Assembly: GCA_018667335.1 (NCBI GenBank) | Contig: JABIVD010000016.1 | Coordinates: 3,683-67,682 of the forward strand | Length of the DNA stretch: 64,000 nt | Reading direction: 5' to 3' | DNA from: Rhodospirillaceae bacterium | GTDB taxonomy: Bacteria > Pseudomonadota > Alphaproteobacteria > UBA6615 | Shown here: one piece after another, positions 48,546-58,884 of the stretch | Layout of the letters: every line of letters begins with the position of its first letter | How positions within the stretch are numbered: position 1 is the stretch's first letter | The notes under the pieces: model-generated | Told to the model about the DNA's origin: nothing | Databases searched by the model: none | What the model saw: the letters and a program-made list of their open reading frames with translations, nothing else | Made by a program: the position numbers and the translations under genes

Positions 48546-49469
48546 CTACCAGACGGGCGGATCGATACCGTTTTGGCGGCACGCTGCCGTGACCGTATTG
48601 GCCAGCAGGCAGGCGATCGTCATGGGGCCGACCCCGCCGGGCACCGGCGTGATCGCGCCGGCGACCTCGATCGCAGATTCGAAATCCACATCGCCGACGA
48701 GGCGCATCTTGTTCGGATCGTCCTCGGTGGGTGCGGCGATCCGATTGATGCCCACGTCGATCACTGCGGCACCGGGTTTGATCCAGTCTCCCTGAACCAT
48801 CTGCGGTCGCCCAACGGCGGCCACCAGGATATCGGCCCGGCGGCACACATCGGCCAGATCCTTGGTGCGCGAGTGCGCAATCGTGACGGTACAGCTGGCC
48901 TGCGTCAGTAGCGCGGCCATAGGCTTGCCGACGATGTTCGAGCGGCCGAGCACGACCGCGTCGAGCCCGGACAGATCGCCCAGCCTGTCCTCGAGCATCA
49001 TGCGACAGCCCAGCGGCGTGCACGGGACCATTGCGGCATCGGGCCCCGTCATCTGGCCGGTCGCGAGACGCCCGGTGTTGATCACGTGGAAGCCGTCCAC
49101 GTCCTTGCCGGGGGCGATGGCGTCGATCACGGCGTTGGGGTCGATCTGGTTCGGGACCGGCAGCTGCACCAGAATGCCGTGGACCGCCGGGTCGTTGTTG
49201 AGCTGCTCGACCAGCGCCAGCAGCTCGGCCTGGCTGGTGGAATCGTCGAGGCGATGGTCGGTCGCGGTGATGCCCGCTTCGGCCGCGGCCTTGCCCTTGT
49301 TGCGCACATAGACCTGGCTCGCCGGATCGTCCCCGACCAGGACCACGGCCAGGCCCGGGGTCAGGCCATGGGCGTCCTTGATGCGGGTGACGTTCTCGCC
49401 GATGCGCCCGCGCAGGGCCTCGGCAAACCCCTTGCCGTCGATGATCTTGTCCGCGTGTGGATTGGTCAT
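48546..49469 (-). CDS. folD: Bifunctional methylenetetrahydrofolate dehydrogenase / methenyl-THF cyclohydrolase
   Basis: Full-length conservation (GILVQLPLP-type block, TPGGVGPMT). Confidence 0.9.
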   Translation of the reverse strand: MTNPHADKIIDGKGFAEALRGRIGENVTRIKDAHGLTPGLAVVLVGDDPASQVYVRNKGKAAAEAGITATDHRLDDSTSQAELLALVEQLNNDPAVHGILVQLPVPNQIDPNAVIDAIAPGKDVDGFHVINTGRLATGQMTGPDAAMVPCTPLGCRMMLEDRLGDLSGLDAVVLGRSNIVGKPMAALLTQASCTVTIAHSRTKDLADVCRRADILVAAVGRPQMVQGDWIKPGAAVIDVGINRIAAPTEDDPNKMRLVGDVDFESAIEVAGAITPVPGGVGPMTIACLLANTVTAACRQNGIDPPVW

Positions 49470-49505
49470 TTTGTCAGCTCTCCCCGGCCGGCGAGCCCGG
49501 CGCTT

Positions 49506-49826
49506 TCAATCGGCGTTATCAACCAACGCCTCTAGCATGGAGATGAGAGTCGGGCCATCGCCGGGAATGCGAACCAGCTTGTTGCGCCCGGTGGCGCCGG
49601 TGATCACCGACAGGGTGGATTTCGGAACGCCGAGCGCCTTGGCCAGAAGCGCGAGGACAGCCGCATTGGCCTTGCCGTCGGCGGGTGGCGCGGTCACAGA
49701 GACTTTGAGGACGGGTCCCGAGCCTGTGTCGAGAATGCCAATGATCGCGTTGCGTCGGGCGCGTGGCGTGACACGCAGCCGGAGGCGAACGGAGTCCTTA
49801 TCGATTTCCCAGGGTTGGTTTCCCAT
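49506..49826 (-). CDS. DUF167 (YggU) family protein
   Basis: ~105 aa with the DUF167 pattern. Sits next to a YggT gene, as is typical. Confidence 0.7.
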   Translation of the reverse strand: MGNQPWEIDKDSVRLRLRVTPRARRNAIIGILDTGSGPVLKVSVTAPPADGKANAAVLALLAKALGVPKSTLSVITGATGRNKLVRIPGDGPTLISMLEALVDNAD

Positions 49827-49853
49827 GGTCTGTTGTCCACGGGGAGGGGGCGG

Positions 49854-50135
49854 TTAACGCAGCAGCAGTCCGGGGATGAATTGCTGCAGGAAGCCGAGGA
49901 TCAGGATGACGATCAGGGGCGACAGGTCGATGCCGCCGACCGATGGAATCACCCGCCGGATCGGGCGCAGCGCCGGATCGGTGATCCGGTAGAGGAAGTC
50001 GCCGATCTGATAGACGAGGCGGTTGGACGTGTTGATCACGTTGAACTGGACAAGCCAGGTCAGGACGATCGAGATGATCACGGCCCACATATAGAGGCCG
50101 ATGACCGTGCTGATGAGGTTGGCGATGGCGAGCAT
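49854..50135 (-). CDS. YggT-family membrane protein
   Basis: 93 aa, two TM helices, YggT pattern. Confidence 0.75.
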   Translation of the reverse strand: MLAIANLISTVIGLYMWAVIISIVLTWLVQFNVINTSNRLVYQIGDFLYRITDPALRPIRRVIPSVGGIDLSPLIVILILGFLQQFIPGLLLR

Positions 50136-50259
50136 GTTTTTCGATCCGCAGCTGCGAAAAATGCGCGTCAGAAACGCGTTGTGATAGCGGCTGCGAGACT
50201 AGCCAGCGCCCGTGCGCCTGTCCAGTAACGCGGCGGTTATGACCCCATGTGCGGATGAC

Positions 50260-50289
50260 TTGACAGGGACGGCGGCCCGCACCCATATT
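50260..50289 (+). promoter_or_regulatory. Putative sigma70-type promoter for the tRNA-Ala gene (TTGACA-N17/18-CATATT)
   Basis: Perfect -35 hexamer ttgaca at 50260-50265 and a -10-like ccatat/catatt about 60 nt upstream of the tRNA. Confidence 0.4.
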
Positions 50290-50355
50290 CCCGCCGCGCT
50301 GCGGGACCCGCATTCGACGTCAGGGGGCCGCGCGCACGCCGTTTTCGGCATCGGT

Positions 50356-50431
50356 GGGGCCGTAGCTCAGTTGGGAGAGCGCTACGTTCGCAACGTAGAG
50401 GTCGTCGGTTCGATCCCGTCCGGCTCCACCA
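50356..50431 (+). tRNA. tRNA-Ala (anticodon CGC)
   Basis: 76-nt cloverleaf with the G3:U70 Ala identity pair, anticodon loop TTCGCAA, T-loop TTCGATC and encoded CCA. There is one U:U mismatch in the T-stem. Confidence 0.85.
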
Positions 50432-50693
50432 AATTTTCCCGAACACCCAAAGTAGCCGAGCGCTGATCCGCATTGGCTTTCTCAGTATCCGCGCGGACCG
50501 GTGTGCACGGTCTGGCGATGCCTGCACGTTTTCGGGCTCGGAGACTCGCCCGCTTGCGCAACAATTGGGAGGTGATGATCGCCCAACCGCGCAACAGCCT
50601 GAGGGGCGGGTGAAACACTACTTGCGTGTTTATCAATGGGGAGGGTCATGTGACGCCTCACAAATCTGGCGCTAGCAGATGTCGAGGCCGTAC

Positions 50694-51059
50694 ATGACCA
50701 CACTGAAGGACTTCGTTAGAGACACGCTTTCGCAGATTGCAGAGGCGGTCGATGAGTTTGAGAGCAGTCAAACCGGCACCGACCAAAATGCCGCCACTGC
50801 TCGACCGGAAATAGCCACGGATCCGAGCGATGCTTCGAAATCTACTGCCGCTGCCGGCTTCCTCTACCTGGGATACCGTGAGGGGTATGCGACGATCGTG
50901 GACTTTGATGTTGCAGTCACAACCGAAGAGAACGAGGCGAAGAAGGCCGGAGGTGGAATCAAGGTGGTGCCGTTCCGCGTGGAGGGTGGTCTTGAATCCG
51001 GTGTTGCCAATACCTCGGTAAGCCGAGTGAGTTTCCGTCTCCCACTTAAGCTCACTTAA
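50694..51059 (+). CDS. trypco2-family protein (trypsin-co-occurring domain 2, a conflict-system-associated domain)
   Basis: 121 aa. The pattern LKDFVRDTLSQIAEAV ... IVDFDVAVTTEENEAKKAGGGIKVVPF ... SVSRVSFRLPL matches the trypco2 family pattern as I recall it from NCBI 'trypco2 family protein' annotations. RBS gagg 6 nt before the ATG. Local GC ~52-55 % against ~65 % in the flanks. Confidence 0.55.
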   Translation: MTTLKDFVRDTLSQIAEAVDEFESSQTGTDQNAATARPEIATDPSDASKSTAAAGFLYLGYREGYATIVDFDVAVTTEENEAKKAGGGIKVVPFRVEGGLESGVANTSVSRVSFRLPLKLT

Positions 51060-51140
51060 GGCTTCACAATCGGCCCCCCTCGACGGGACAACGGGACCGA
51101 ATTGCAGACCGTAGGACGGACCAATCGAAAGAGTGTAGCT

Positions 51141-51800
51141 ATGAAGAAGGAAACACTGCTGGCACCGGGAACCGCCATCTTGCTGCTCGCCTTGATAGGC
51201 GGAGCAATCCTGTTGGTGTTTGTTGTTGGTGGAGTTCTCGAGATCTTTGATGATCCTGAATCGCGAACTTCGGACGTCATTTACCGATATCAAACCTACC
51301 TGGCTGGTGCTGTAGCGGTGCCAGCTGCCGTGGTGACCGTGCTCGGAGTATATGCGGCTGCGAACATGCCTGTTGCAGCAGAGGAACAGCGGCGACGGCA
51401 GCAACGAATTCGAGACCAAAGAATCGGCGCGGCGGTTCTTGCTGGGGAAATAACAACCGCTATCGTTGAACTGATAAAAGTGAAAGCGGAGATTGAAGAC
51501 GCGGATGACCCAGCGGAATTTGCTTTTCCGCCGTTCCCTATTCCCGAACACCTTCGAAGTTTTGAGGTCATAGCGACACAGATCCCCGAAGTGGCCCATT
51601 TGACCGCAGTGTTTGTTTCGGACATGACGTTCAGATCTGCGCTCGAAGGGATATTTATCGGCAGAGATGATCCCGCCAAATCCATCAAACAAATTGACGA
51701 TGTAATTGCCCGAGCTCATGAGCTCGGACAGCTGCTTACCGATATTGTTGAGCCCGGCGCGGTTTTTCGGGGAGCGGCGATACTGACAGACATGGAATGA
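51141..51800 (+). CDS. Hypothetical membrane protein with two N-terminal TM helices and a ~150-aa cytoplasmic domain
   Basis: 219 aa from MKKETLL. TM1 ~ residues 8-30, TM2 ~ 48-70, then a charged linker (EEQRRRQQRIRDQR) and a domain with no recognisable motif. Same strand and 80 bp downstream of the trypco2 gene, in the same lower-GC islet. Confidence 0.45.
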   Translation: MKKETLLAPGTAILLLALIGGAILLVFVVGGVLEIFDDPESRTSDVIYRYQTYLAGAVAVPAAVVTVLGVYAAANMPVAAEEQRRRQQRIRDQRIGAAVLAGEITTAIVELIKVKAEIEDADDPAEFAFPPFPIPEHLRSFEVIATQIPEVAHLTAVFVSDMTFRSALEGIFIGRDDPAKSIKQIDDVIARAHELGQLLTDIVEPGAVFRGAAILTDME

Positions 51801-52134
51801 AGCGAGAGCCTCGCCGGCTGGCAGGTGTCCGCCCGCTTGCGCTTTGCTAGGGCGTGCGGAGACCTGGCGGTTGGGGCTGGTCGGCCTCGGCGCGCGTCAA
51901 CCTGCCAAGGCGGTTTTCACCGCTGTGCGGCGGACCCTCCGTCTTTCGGCTGACCCTCGCCTCCACCGAAGAGCGACGAACGCGCAGCCGAGATCGTGCC
52001 TGATTTTTGCGCGGGCATGATATAGGAAGCCAATAATTGACGGGGCAGTCGCGCAATTGACCGTGGCGACATGTGTCTGCAAAACGAATGGTTCGTAGTA
52101 CAGCGCACCCATCCGGCATTTTGATCGAGATAAC

Positions 52135-54324
52135 ATGACAGAATTCGAAGGCGTTGTTCCGCCGCTTCAGCAGGCTTTGACCCAACGGGGCTACACCGAG
52201 TTGACCCCGGTGCAAACCGCGATCCTGGCCCTCGACAACAAGAACGCCGACGCCCTGGTTTCCGCGCAGACGGGGTCCGGCAAGACCGTGGCTTTTGGGC
52301 TGGCGCTGGCGCCGACCCTGCTGGATGGTGCGGACCGTTTTGTCCGTGCAGACGCGCCCCTGGCTCTGGCGGTCGCGCCGACGCGCGAACTGGCCCTGCA
52401 GGTGCGCCGCGAACTCGAATGGCTTTATGCGCCGACGGGAGCGGCCTTCGCCTCCTGCGTCGGCGGCATGGATGCGCGCGCCGAACGCATGGCGCTGCAG
52501 CGCGGTGCACACATCGTGGTCGGCACGCCGGGACGGTTGCGCGATCACATCGAGCGCGGTTCGTTCAACACGACGGGGCTCAGGGCCGTGGTGCTCGACG
52601 AAGCCGACGAGATGCTCGATCTGGGCTTTCGTGACGACCTCGAGTTCATTCTCGATGCGGCGCCCAAAGACCGGCGCACATTGTTGTTCTCCGCCACCGT
52701 GCCGCGCACCATCGCCAATCTCGCCAAGCGCTACCAGCGCGATGCGGTGCGGGTCTCGACATCGGCGGAGCAAAGCCAACATGTCGATATTGACTACCGT
52801 GCCCTCACGGTCGCACCCAACGACACCGAAAACGCCATCGTCAATGTGTTGCGCTATTTCGATGCGAAGAATGCACTCGTCTTTTGCGGCACGCGTGCGA
52901 CCGTCAACCGGATGACCAGCCGCTTTGCCAATCGCGGGTTCTCGGCGGTGGCGTTGTCGGGTGAGCTCAGCCAGAACGAGCGCACCCATGCCTTGCAGGC
53001 GCTCCGCGATGGGCGCGCGCGGGTGTGTATCGCCACCGATGTGGCGGCACGCGGACTGGATCTGCCGAATTTGGAACTGGTGATCCACGCTGACCTTCCG
53101 AAGAACCGCGAATCCCTGCTCCACCGAAGTGGGCGAACCGGGCGTGCGGGCCGCAAGGGCGTGTGCGCGTTGATCGTGCCTCACAATATGCGCCGTCGGA
53201 CCGAGCGGTTGTTGCACAGTGCCAACGTAGAGGCGACATGGGCCAATCCGCCATCCGCCCATGAAATTATGGCGCGTGACCGGGAGCGTATTTTCAGTGA
53301 CCCGGCCCTCAGTGAGCCGCTCAGCGACGAGGAACGCGCCTTCGCACAAAAACTCTTGTCCCAACACGATGCCGAGCATGTCGCCGCCGCGTTCCTGCGC
53401 CGTCATCTCGAAGACCAGACGGCGCCGGAAGAGCTGCTCGATGCGGCCCCGACGGAATCGCACAGAGACCAGCCGCGCAAGGATCGCCGGGACAACTTCA
53501 AGGACAGCGTTTGGTTCACGCTCTCGGTCGGGCGCAACGAGCAGGCCGAGGCGCGTTGGCTGATGCCGATGTTGTGCCGCGCCGGCCATCTGACCAAACA
53601 GGATATTGGGGCGATCCGCATCCAGCACAGCGAGACCCATGTCGAGATTGCGGCGGGTTCCGTGGATCGATTCCTCGAGGGGATCGGCCCCAGCGGCAAG
53701 GTCGAAAAAAACATTGTCGTGACCCGGCGGGAAAACGACCCCACGGCCGGTGATTCCCGTGAGTCGAACGACAAACCCTATTCGGAAAAGAAGCCGTATA
53801 GCGCCAGACCACGCAGCGAGCACGCCGCCGGTGCGTCGCGGGATTCCGGTGACAAACCGTATTCGAAGAAGAAGCCCTACACCGCCAGACCGCGCGATGA
53901 GCAGGCCGCCGGCGCGTCGCGTGATTCCAGCGACAAACCCTATTCGAAGAAGAAGCCCTACAGCGCCAAACCGCGAAGCGAGCAGGGCTCCGGTGCGCCG
54001 CGTGATTTCGGCGACAAGCCCTATTCGAAGAAGAAGCCCTATAGTCCCAAGCCGCGCGACGAGCAGGCCAACCAGGGTGGGAAGCGCCATTTTGATCCGG
54101 CATCCGGCACGCCGGCGGGCGACGAGAAAATGCCCTGGGAACAGGAAGAGAAGAAGCCCTGGGTGAAGAAGGGCAAAAAGTCGCCGAAGAAAGCCGCAGC
54201 CAAGAAACCCAAAAAGGGGAAACTCGGCCTCAAGGCACCAAAAATGAGCGCGAAAGCCCGGGCGGCGATTCAGTCCGGCCACGCGCCGATGAAGCGGAAG
54301 AAACCGAAACGAGACCGCGTCTAG
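52135..54324 (+). CDS. DEAD-box ATP-dependent RNA helicase with DbpA-like RNA-binding domain and a basic repeat-rich C-terminal tail
   Basis: Q-motif, AQTGSGKT (motif I), PTRELA, DEAD, SAT, HRSGRTGRAG (motif VI), then the repeat tail. Confidence 0.9.
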   Translation: MTEFEGVVPPLQQALTQRGYTELTPVQTAILALDNKNADALVSAQTGSGKTVAFGLALAPTLLDGADRFVRADAPLALAVAPTRELALQVRRELEWLYAPTGAAFASCVGGMDARAERMALQRGAHIVVGTPGRLRDHIERGSFNTTGLRAVVLDEADEMLDLGFRDDLEFILDAAPKDRRTLLFSATVPRTIANLAKRYQRDAVRVSTSAEQSQHVDIDYRALTVAPNDTENAIVNVLRYFDAKNALVFCGTRATVNRMTSRFANRGFSAVALSGELSQNERTHALQALRDGRARVCIATDVAARGLDLPNLELVIHADLPKNRESLLHRSGRTGRAGRKGVCALIVPHNMRRRTERLLHSANVEATWANPPSAHEIMARDRERIFSDPALSEPLSDEERAFAQKLLSQHDAEHVAAAFLRRHLEDQTAPEELLDAAPTESHRDQPRKDRRDNFKDSVWFTLSVGRNEQAEARWLMPMLCRAGHLTKQDIGAIRIQHSETHVEIAAGSVDRFLEGIGPSGKVEKNIVVTRRENDPTAGDSRESNDKPYSEKKPYSARPRSEHAAGASRDSGDKPYSKKKPYTARPRDEQAAGASRDSSDKPYSKKKPYSAKPRSEQGSGAPRDFGDKPYSKKKPYSPKPRDEQANQGGKRHFDPASGTPAGDEKMPWEQEEKKPWVKKGKKSPKKAAAKKPKKGKLGLKAPKMSAKARAAIQSGHAPMKRKKPKRDRV
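53770..54085. repeat. 81-bp (27-aa) tandem repeat x4 encoding DKPYSKKKPY-containing units in the helicase C-terminal tail
   Basis: gacaaaccNtattcgaagaagaagccctaYa... recurs at 53770, 53851, 53932 and 54013. Confidence 0.85.
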
Positions 54325-54476
54325 GCATTCGTCGAGCTGACGCCTGGGCGGGTGATTCCGCCCATCTTTGCCGCGAATCCCCAGGCGGTCACAATGCCCC
54401 TACCCAACGTCTGGTCCCCGCGCGCGGGCCGGTTTCGGCATCGGTGAGGCCGAAGCAACGTTCTCTCTCGGCTTGA

Positions 54477-54842
54477 TCAGAACGCGGCGTTCCATTGCTC
54501 GGTATCCACGAACCATCGTTCTTCGTGGATCTTTCCCTCTGTGAACTTGAACAAAACCGCAAGCTGGCTGCCTCCGGGGACCTTGTCGCTCTTCCATTCG
54601 ACGACAGAGACAATTTCTCCGGTTTCCCCGATTTCGCGGATGGCGGAAATGTCGAACCCCGGCGGCAATGCCGCGCCGATGTTTTCCAGCGCCCCCCGAA
54701 ACGCAGCCTTGCCTTTCAATACATCGTCCTGCCCGGGCATCACGAAGATCATGTCTTCGGTGTAATCAGCGATCAGCGTATCCCAGTCCCCCTGTGCGAC
54801 CGCTTCCCAGCCTCGTTTCACAACATCTGCATCGGTTCCCAT
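54477..54842 (-). CDS. NTF2-like/SnoaL-like domain protein
   Basis: 121 aa with the N-terminal GDWDTLIADYTEDMIF pattern of SnoaL/ketosteroid-isomerase-like folds. Confidence 0.65.
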   Translation of the reverse strand: MGTDADVVKRGWEAVAQGDWDTLIADYTEDMIFVMPGQDDVLKGKAAFRGALENIGAALPPGFDISAIREIGETGEIVSVVEWKSDKVPGGSQLAVLFKFTEGKIHEERWFVDTEQWNAAF

Positions 54843-55187
54843 TTTTCGCTCCTATTTTTTGTAGCCAGAAATTTGCAAATACTAGCGAACGGGAGGTCAA
54901 GCTGAACGGTCCACGAGAAGTATCAGGTGGATTGTCGGTCTGCTTGCATGTCCTGCCGCCAGAAAACCCAGGTCCCCAAGAGTTGAACACCGTTTCTATC
55001 CCGGTCCAAGTGGTCACGTAACCGTGTCGGTGTCCTGGCTTCACAGGTTTGTTGCCCGCCGTGCTTAACAAACAATGATACAATCGTAACAGGACGTGAT
55101 GCATCGGCGTTGGGGACATGAATGTCGATGCGCGCAAATCGCAACAGGTTTGTCGGTCGTGAGGCCGGCAAGCGATGAGGGTGAAAT

Positions 55188-55874
55188 ATGGGACTGTTCG
55201 GTAAAATATTTGGTGGTGGTGCTTCGCCGGAGAACAAGGTGGAAACACCCACTGCTCCGGATTCCGACGCTTCTGATGATCAGGCCTGGGAGGGTGTTTC
55301 CGGGCAAAATCAAATGGCGTGCCCGATTCCGTTCGTGGAAGAGGACCAGGCAACCGGTGAAATCGCCGAGATCTACGATTCCTTGAAGAAGGCCATGCAG
55401 GTCCCCGAGGTCCCGAACATGAACAAGGTGCTCGCGCAATCGCCGCAGGCACTGAAGGCCACCGTGGCCATGCTTGGTGAGCTGTTTATGGGGTCGAGCT
55501 TGCCGCAGCCGATTGTCTCGATGCTGCTTTACTCGATTTCGCTGGCGCGCCGATGCCAGTACTGCAGTTCGATGCATCGTCTGACGTGCCGGATGGTGGG
55601 GGTCGACGAGACGATGCTTTCTGCGGTGGGAAACAATCTCGGTTCGGTTACGCCGGAGCGGGTGCAAGCGATCGTTGCGTTCGGTATCAAGGCGGCGATG
55701 TCGTCGGCCGACCTTACGGAGGCTGACTACGACAAGCTGCGGGATATGGGGATCAGCGATTCGGAAATCGTCGAGATCGTCGCGCTTTCGGGGTTGGGCG
55801 TGTATCTCGACATCGTTGCGGAGTCTTTGAAGATCGAGGTCGACGTGATGGTCAAGCAGGGTTTGGCCGCCTAA
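55188..55874 (+). CDS. Carboxymuconolactone-decarboxylase/AhpD-like family protein
   Basis: AhpD-like core including the CQYC motif. Confidence 0.65.
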   Translation: MGLFGKIFGGGASPENKVETPTAPDSDASDDQAWEGVSGQNQMACPIPFVEEDQATGEIAEIYDSLKKAMQVPEVPNMNKVLAQSPQALKATVAMLGELFMGSSLPQPIVSMLLYSISLARRCQYCSSMHRLTCRMVGVDETMLSAVGNNLGSVTPERVQAIVAFGIKAAMSSADLTEADYDKLRDMGISDSEIVEIVALSGLGVYLDIVAESLKIEVDVMVKQGLAA

Positions 55875-55887
55875 CGGCTCAGCGAAT

Positions 55888-58500
55888 ATGGTCGATTCCG
55901 AAACTCAGGCACCGGACTCTACGAAAGAAGGCTGGCAGGCTCAGGCCACGCGGTATGCCTTGCTGTTCGACATTGTGCTTCTGATTGCACGGTCGGAGAA
56001 TTTTGAAGACCTGCTTTCCCAGGCCGTGGGTCGCGTCAAATGGGTTTTCGATTTCGAACGCTGCACTTTGGCGTTACGCAATCCCGATGAAGAAACCTAC
56101 GACTTCAGGACATTGCTCGACACGCGACGCGGGAGCGAATTGTTCTCAGTAGGCGATGTGCCCTTGTCACAAGGGCTCTCGGGGGAGGTCATGTCGTCCG
56201 GGCAGATGAAGTTGTTCACTGACAAATCTGCTGCGGCGGACGGAATTGCGTCAGCGCTCGACCCCGCCCTCGCGAATGGCGAGATGGGCTCCGTCCTGGC
56301 CTTGCCGCTCGAGGCCTATGGCCAGGTGCTGGGCTGCATGACATTCGGGGCGACACGCGAAAACTGCTTCAGCGATGAGGACGTCAAGATTGCTGTTCAG
56401 TTCGCGACCCACCTGGGACTCGCGATCGATCGCTGGCGACAAACCGATGCACTGCAGGGCGAGGTTTCCGAACGGCGCCGTGCGGAGTCGGAACTGGCCG
56501 CGTTGATCGAGGAACTCCAGACCGCCAACGTCGACGTCGAGGCGGCACGCACGCAGCTATACGACGCAATCGAGGCGATCTCCGAGGGTTTCGCATTGTT
56601 CGACACCGAGGACCGCTTCGTTTTGTCGAACAGCGTCTACAAGGAGTATTTCCGGGGCGTCACGGACAAGATCGAGCCGGGCGCGCCGTGGGCCGAATTT
56701 TTCCGCACCGGGCTGAAGCGTGGCGTTATTGAAAGAACCGCCGACACCATCGAGGCCGAAATCGAAGAGACGAAGGTCATCCGTCACGGCGGACGTTCCC
56801 TTGAACGTCAATTGGGTGAGGGCCGCTGGCTGCGTGTCGGTCACCGCCCCACCGAGACCGGCGGTCTGGTGACGGTCTACACCGACATCACGGAGCTAAA
56901 GGAGCGCGAGCGCCAGCTCGGTGAGCTCGTGGATTCACTTGCCGGTGCGCGTGACGAGGCGATGGAAGCGACGCGTACGAAATCGCAGTTCCTCGCCAAC
57001 ATGAGCCACGAACTTCGTACGCCGTTGAATGCAGTCATCGGAATTGCCGAGATGCTTCAGGAAGAGGCAGTCGATGACGGTCTCAAGGATTTTGTCGAGC
57101 CGTTGGAGCGCATCAACAAGGCCGGCATACATCTCCTGAACCTGATCAACGAGATACTCGATCTTTCAAAGATCGAGGCGGGGCGGGTCGAGTTCGAGAC
57201 CGGAAATATCGAAGTGGACGCGCTCGTTGGTGAAGTGGCGACCATGGTGCAGTCACTCGCCGACCAAAACTCGAACACGCTCATGGTCGATTGTGCGGAC
57301 GACGCCGGCGCGATCCATGGCGATCCGACGCGGGTGCGACAGGTCGTCTTTAACCTGTTGTCCAACGCGTGCAAGTTTACGGAAAATGGAAAGGTAAACC
57401 TGAGGGTCCGGCGCCAGGCGGGTGATGCCGGCGAGATGATCAACTTCGAAGTCTCCGACACGGGAATCGGTATTTCCGAGCAGCAGGTGGAGCGACTTTT
57501 CCAGGAATTCAGTCAGGCCGACGCTTCGACCACGCGCAAGTATGGGGGCACGGGACTGGGGCTCGCGATCAGCCAGCGCCTCTGCCGCTTGATGGGCGGC
57601 GACGTCACGGTCGAGAGCGAACTCGGCAAGGGCACAACGTTCACGGCCTGTATTCCCGTTCATGTTGCGGGTACGTCCAGCGCGGATCTTGATGACGTTC
57701 ATCGGGATCACAGCGCGACGACGGACCAGGCGCCGAGGGGAAACCTGGTGCTCGTGATCGATGACGATCCCACGGTCAGGGATTTGATGCGTCGGCATCT
57801 GGAACACGACGGAGCCGAGGTCATCACGGCCGACGGTGGCGTCGAGGGACTCAGGCTTGCGCGCGAACGGCTCCCGTCTGTGATCACGCTCGACGTATTG
57901 ATGCCGGACATGGACGGTTGGCGGGTGTTGCGCGAACTCAAGGCCGACAAGGATTTGGCGCTTATTCCGGTCGTCATGGTCACGATGCTGGACGACAAAA
58001 ACAAGGGATACGCCCTGGGTGTGTCCGACTACCTGAACAAGCCTGTCTCGCGCGAACAACTACGCAGCATGGTCGAACGGTTCCTGGTCAACTCGGCCGG
58101 CGCACATGTGCTTGTGGTCGAAGACGACGAGACGGCACGCACCATGATGCGGCGCATACTGGTCAGTGAAGGGTGCCTGGTTTCCGAGGCGGTGAATGGC
58201 AGGCGTGCCCTCGAGCGGGTTTCAGATGAACGCCCGGATCTGATTCTGCTCGACCTGATGATGCCAGAAATGAATGGTTTCGAATTCCTCCAGGAGTTGC
58301 GAGCCAATCCTGAAACGATCGACATCCCGGTCATCGTCGTGACGGCGGCCGACCTGACCGAGGCGGACAGGTTGCGGCTCAACGGCGGTGTTGAGCAGGT
58401 GCTGCAGAAGAGCGAGTTCGATCGCGAGAAACTATTGGACGAAGTGCGCAGGCAGGTTGCGCGCGTGACGGATCGGGTTCCACCCGAGGGGGACGGGTAA
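55888..58500 (+). CDS. Hybrid sensor histidine kinase: GAF + PAS + HisKA + HATPase_c + two receiver domains
   Basis: H-box [28 protein letters not shown]1/G2 boxes, then two REC domains ([13 protein letters not shown] ... DVLMPDMDG and [13 protein letters not shown] ... DLMMPEMNG). Confidence 0.85.
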   Translation: MVDSETQAPDSTKEGWQAQATRYALLFDIVLLIARSENFEDLLSQAVGRVKWVFDFERCTLALRNPDEETYDFRTLLDTRRGSELFSVGDVPLSQGLSGEVMSSGQMKLFTDKSAAADGIASALDPALANGEMGSVLALPLEAYGQVLGCMTFGATRENCFSDEDVKIAVQFATHLGLAIDRWRQTDALQGEVSERRRAESELAALIEELQTANVDVEAARTQLYDAIEAISEGFALFDTEDRFVLSNSVYKEYFRGVTDKIEPGAPWAEFFRTGLKRGVIERTADTIEAEIEETKVIRHGGRSLERQLGEGRWLRVGHRPTETGGLVTVYTDITELKERERQLGELVDSLAGARDEAMEATRTKSQFLANMSHELRTPLNAVIGIAEMLQEEAVDDGLKDFVEPLERINKAGIHLLNLINEILDLSKIEAGRVEFETGNIEVDALVGEVATMVQSLADQNSNTLMVDCADDAGAIHGDPTRVRQVVFNLLSNACKFTENGKVNLRVRRQAGDAGEMINFEVSDTGIGISEQQVERLFQEFSQADASTTRKYGGTGLGLAISQRLCRLMGGDVTVESELGKGTTFTACIPVHVAGTSSADLDDVHRDHSATTDQAPRGNLVLVIDDDPTVRDLMRRHLEHDGAEVITADGGVEGLRLARERLPSVITLDVLMPDMDGWRVLRELKADKDLALIPVVMVTMLDDKNKGYALGVSDYLNKPVSREQLRSMVERFLVNSAGAHVLVVEDDETARTMMRRILVSEGCLVSEAVNGRRALERVSDERPDLILLDLMMPEMNGFEFLQELRANPETIDIPVIVVTAADLTEADRLRLNGGVEQVLQKSEFDREKLLDEVRRQVARVTDRVPPEGDG

Positions 58501-58506
58501 GTCGAT

Positions 58507-58884
58507 ATGAGAAAAATTTTGTACGTCGAAGACAATTCCGACAACGTGTTCATGATGACCCGTCGACTGGCCCGGAAAGGATTCATGGTCGTCGCCGTAG
58601 GCGATGGCGCGCAGGGAGTTGCGATAGCGGCCGCGGTATCGCCGAGCCTGATCCTGATGGATTTGTCGTTGCCTGTCATGGACGGTTGGGAAGCAACCCG
58701 GCAACTGAAGGCAGCGCCCGAAACGAGCCATATACCGGTGGTTGCTCTGTCGGCTCACGCCATGACGGGTGATCGCGAACGGGCATTGGCAGCCGGCTGC
58801 GACGAATACGAGACGAAGCCGGTCGATCTGCCGCGCCTGCTGGGGAAAATCGAGGCGCTGATCGGGACGGAATCCGTAGAATGA
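58507..58884 (+). CDS. Single-domain response regulator (CheY-like receiver)
   Basis: ILYVEDNSDN ... DLSLPVMDGWE ... SAHA ... K. 125 aa. Confidence 0.85.
   Translation: MRKILYVEDNSDNVFMMTRRLARKGFMVVAVGDGAQGVAIAAAVSPSLILMDLSLPVMDGWEATRQLKAAPETSHIPVVALSAHAMTGDRERALAAGCDEYETKPVDLPRLLGKIEALIGTESVE

Noticed and set aside
50356-50431. tRNA pseudogene because of a T-stem mismatch
   Set aside because: All other cloverleaf elements, the G3:U70 identity pair and the CCA end are intact. A single U:U in the T-stem is tolerable.
50658-51719. 353-aa minus-strand ORF spanning the islet
   Set aside because: Cys/His/Arg-rich nonsense composition. The + strand genes have RBSs and recognisable features.
51847-54282. 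811-aa minus-strand ORF
   Set aside because: Antisense to the well-supported DEAD-box helicase gene. Arg/Gly-rich artefactual composition.
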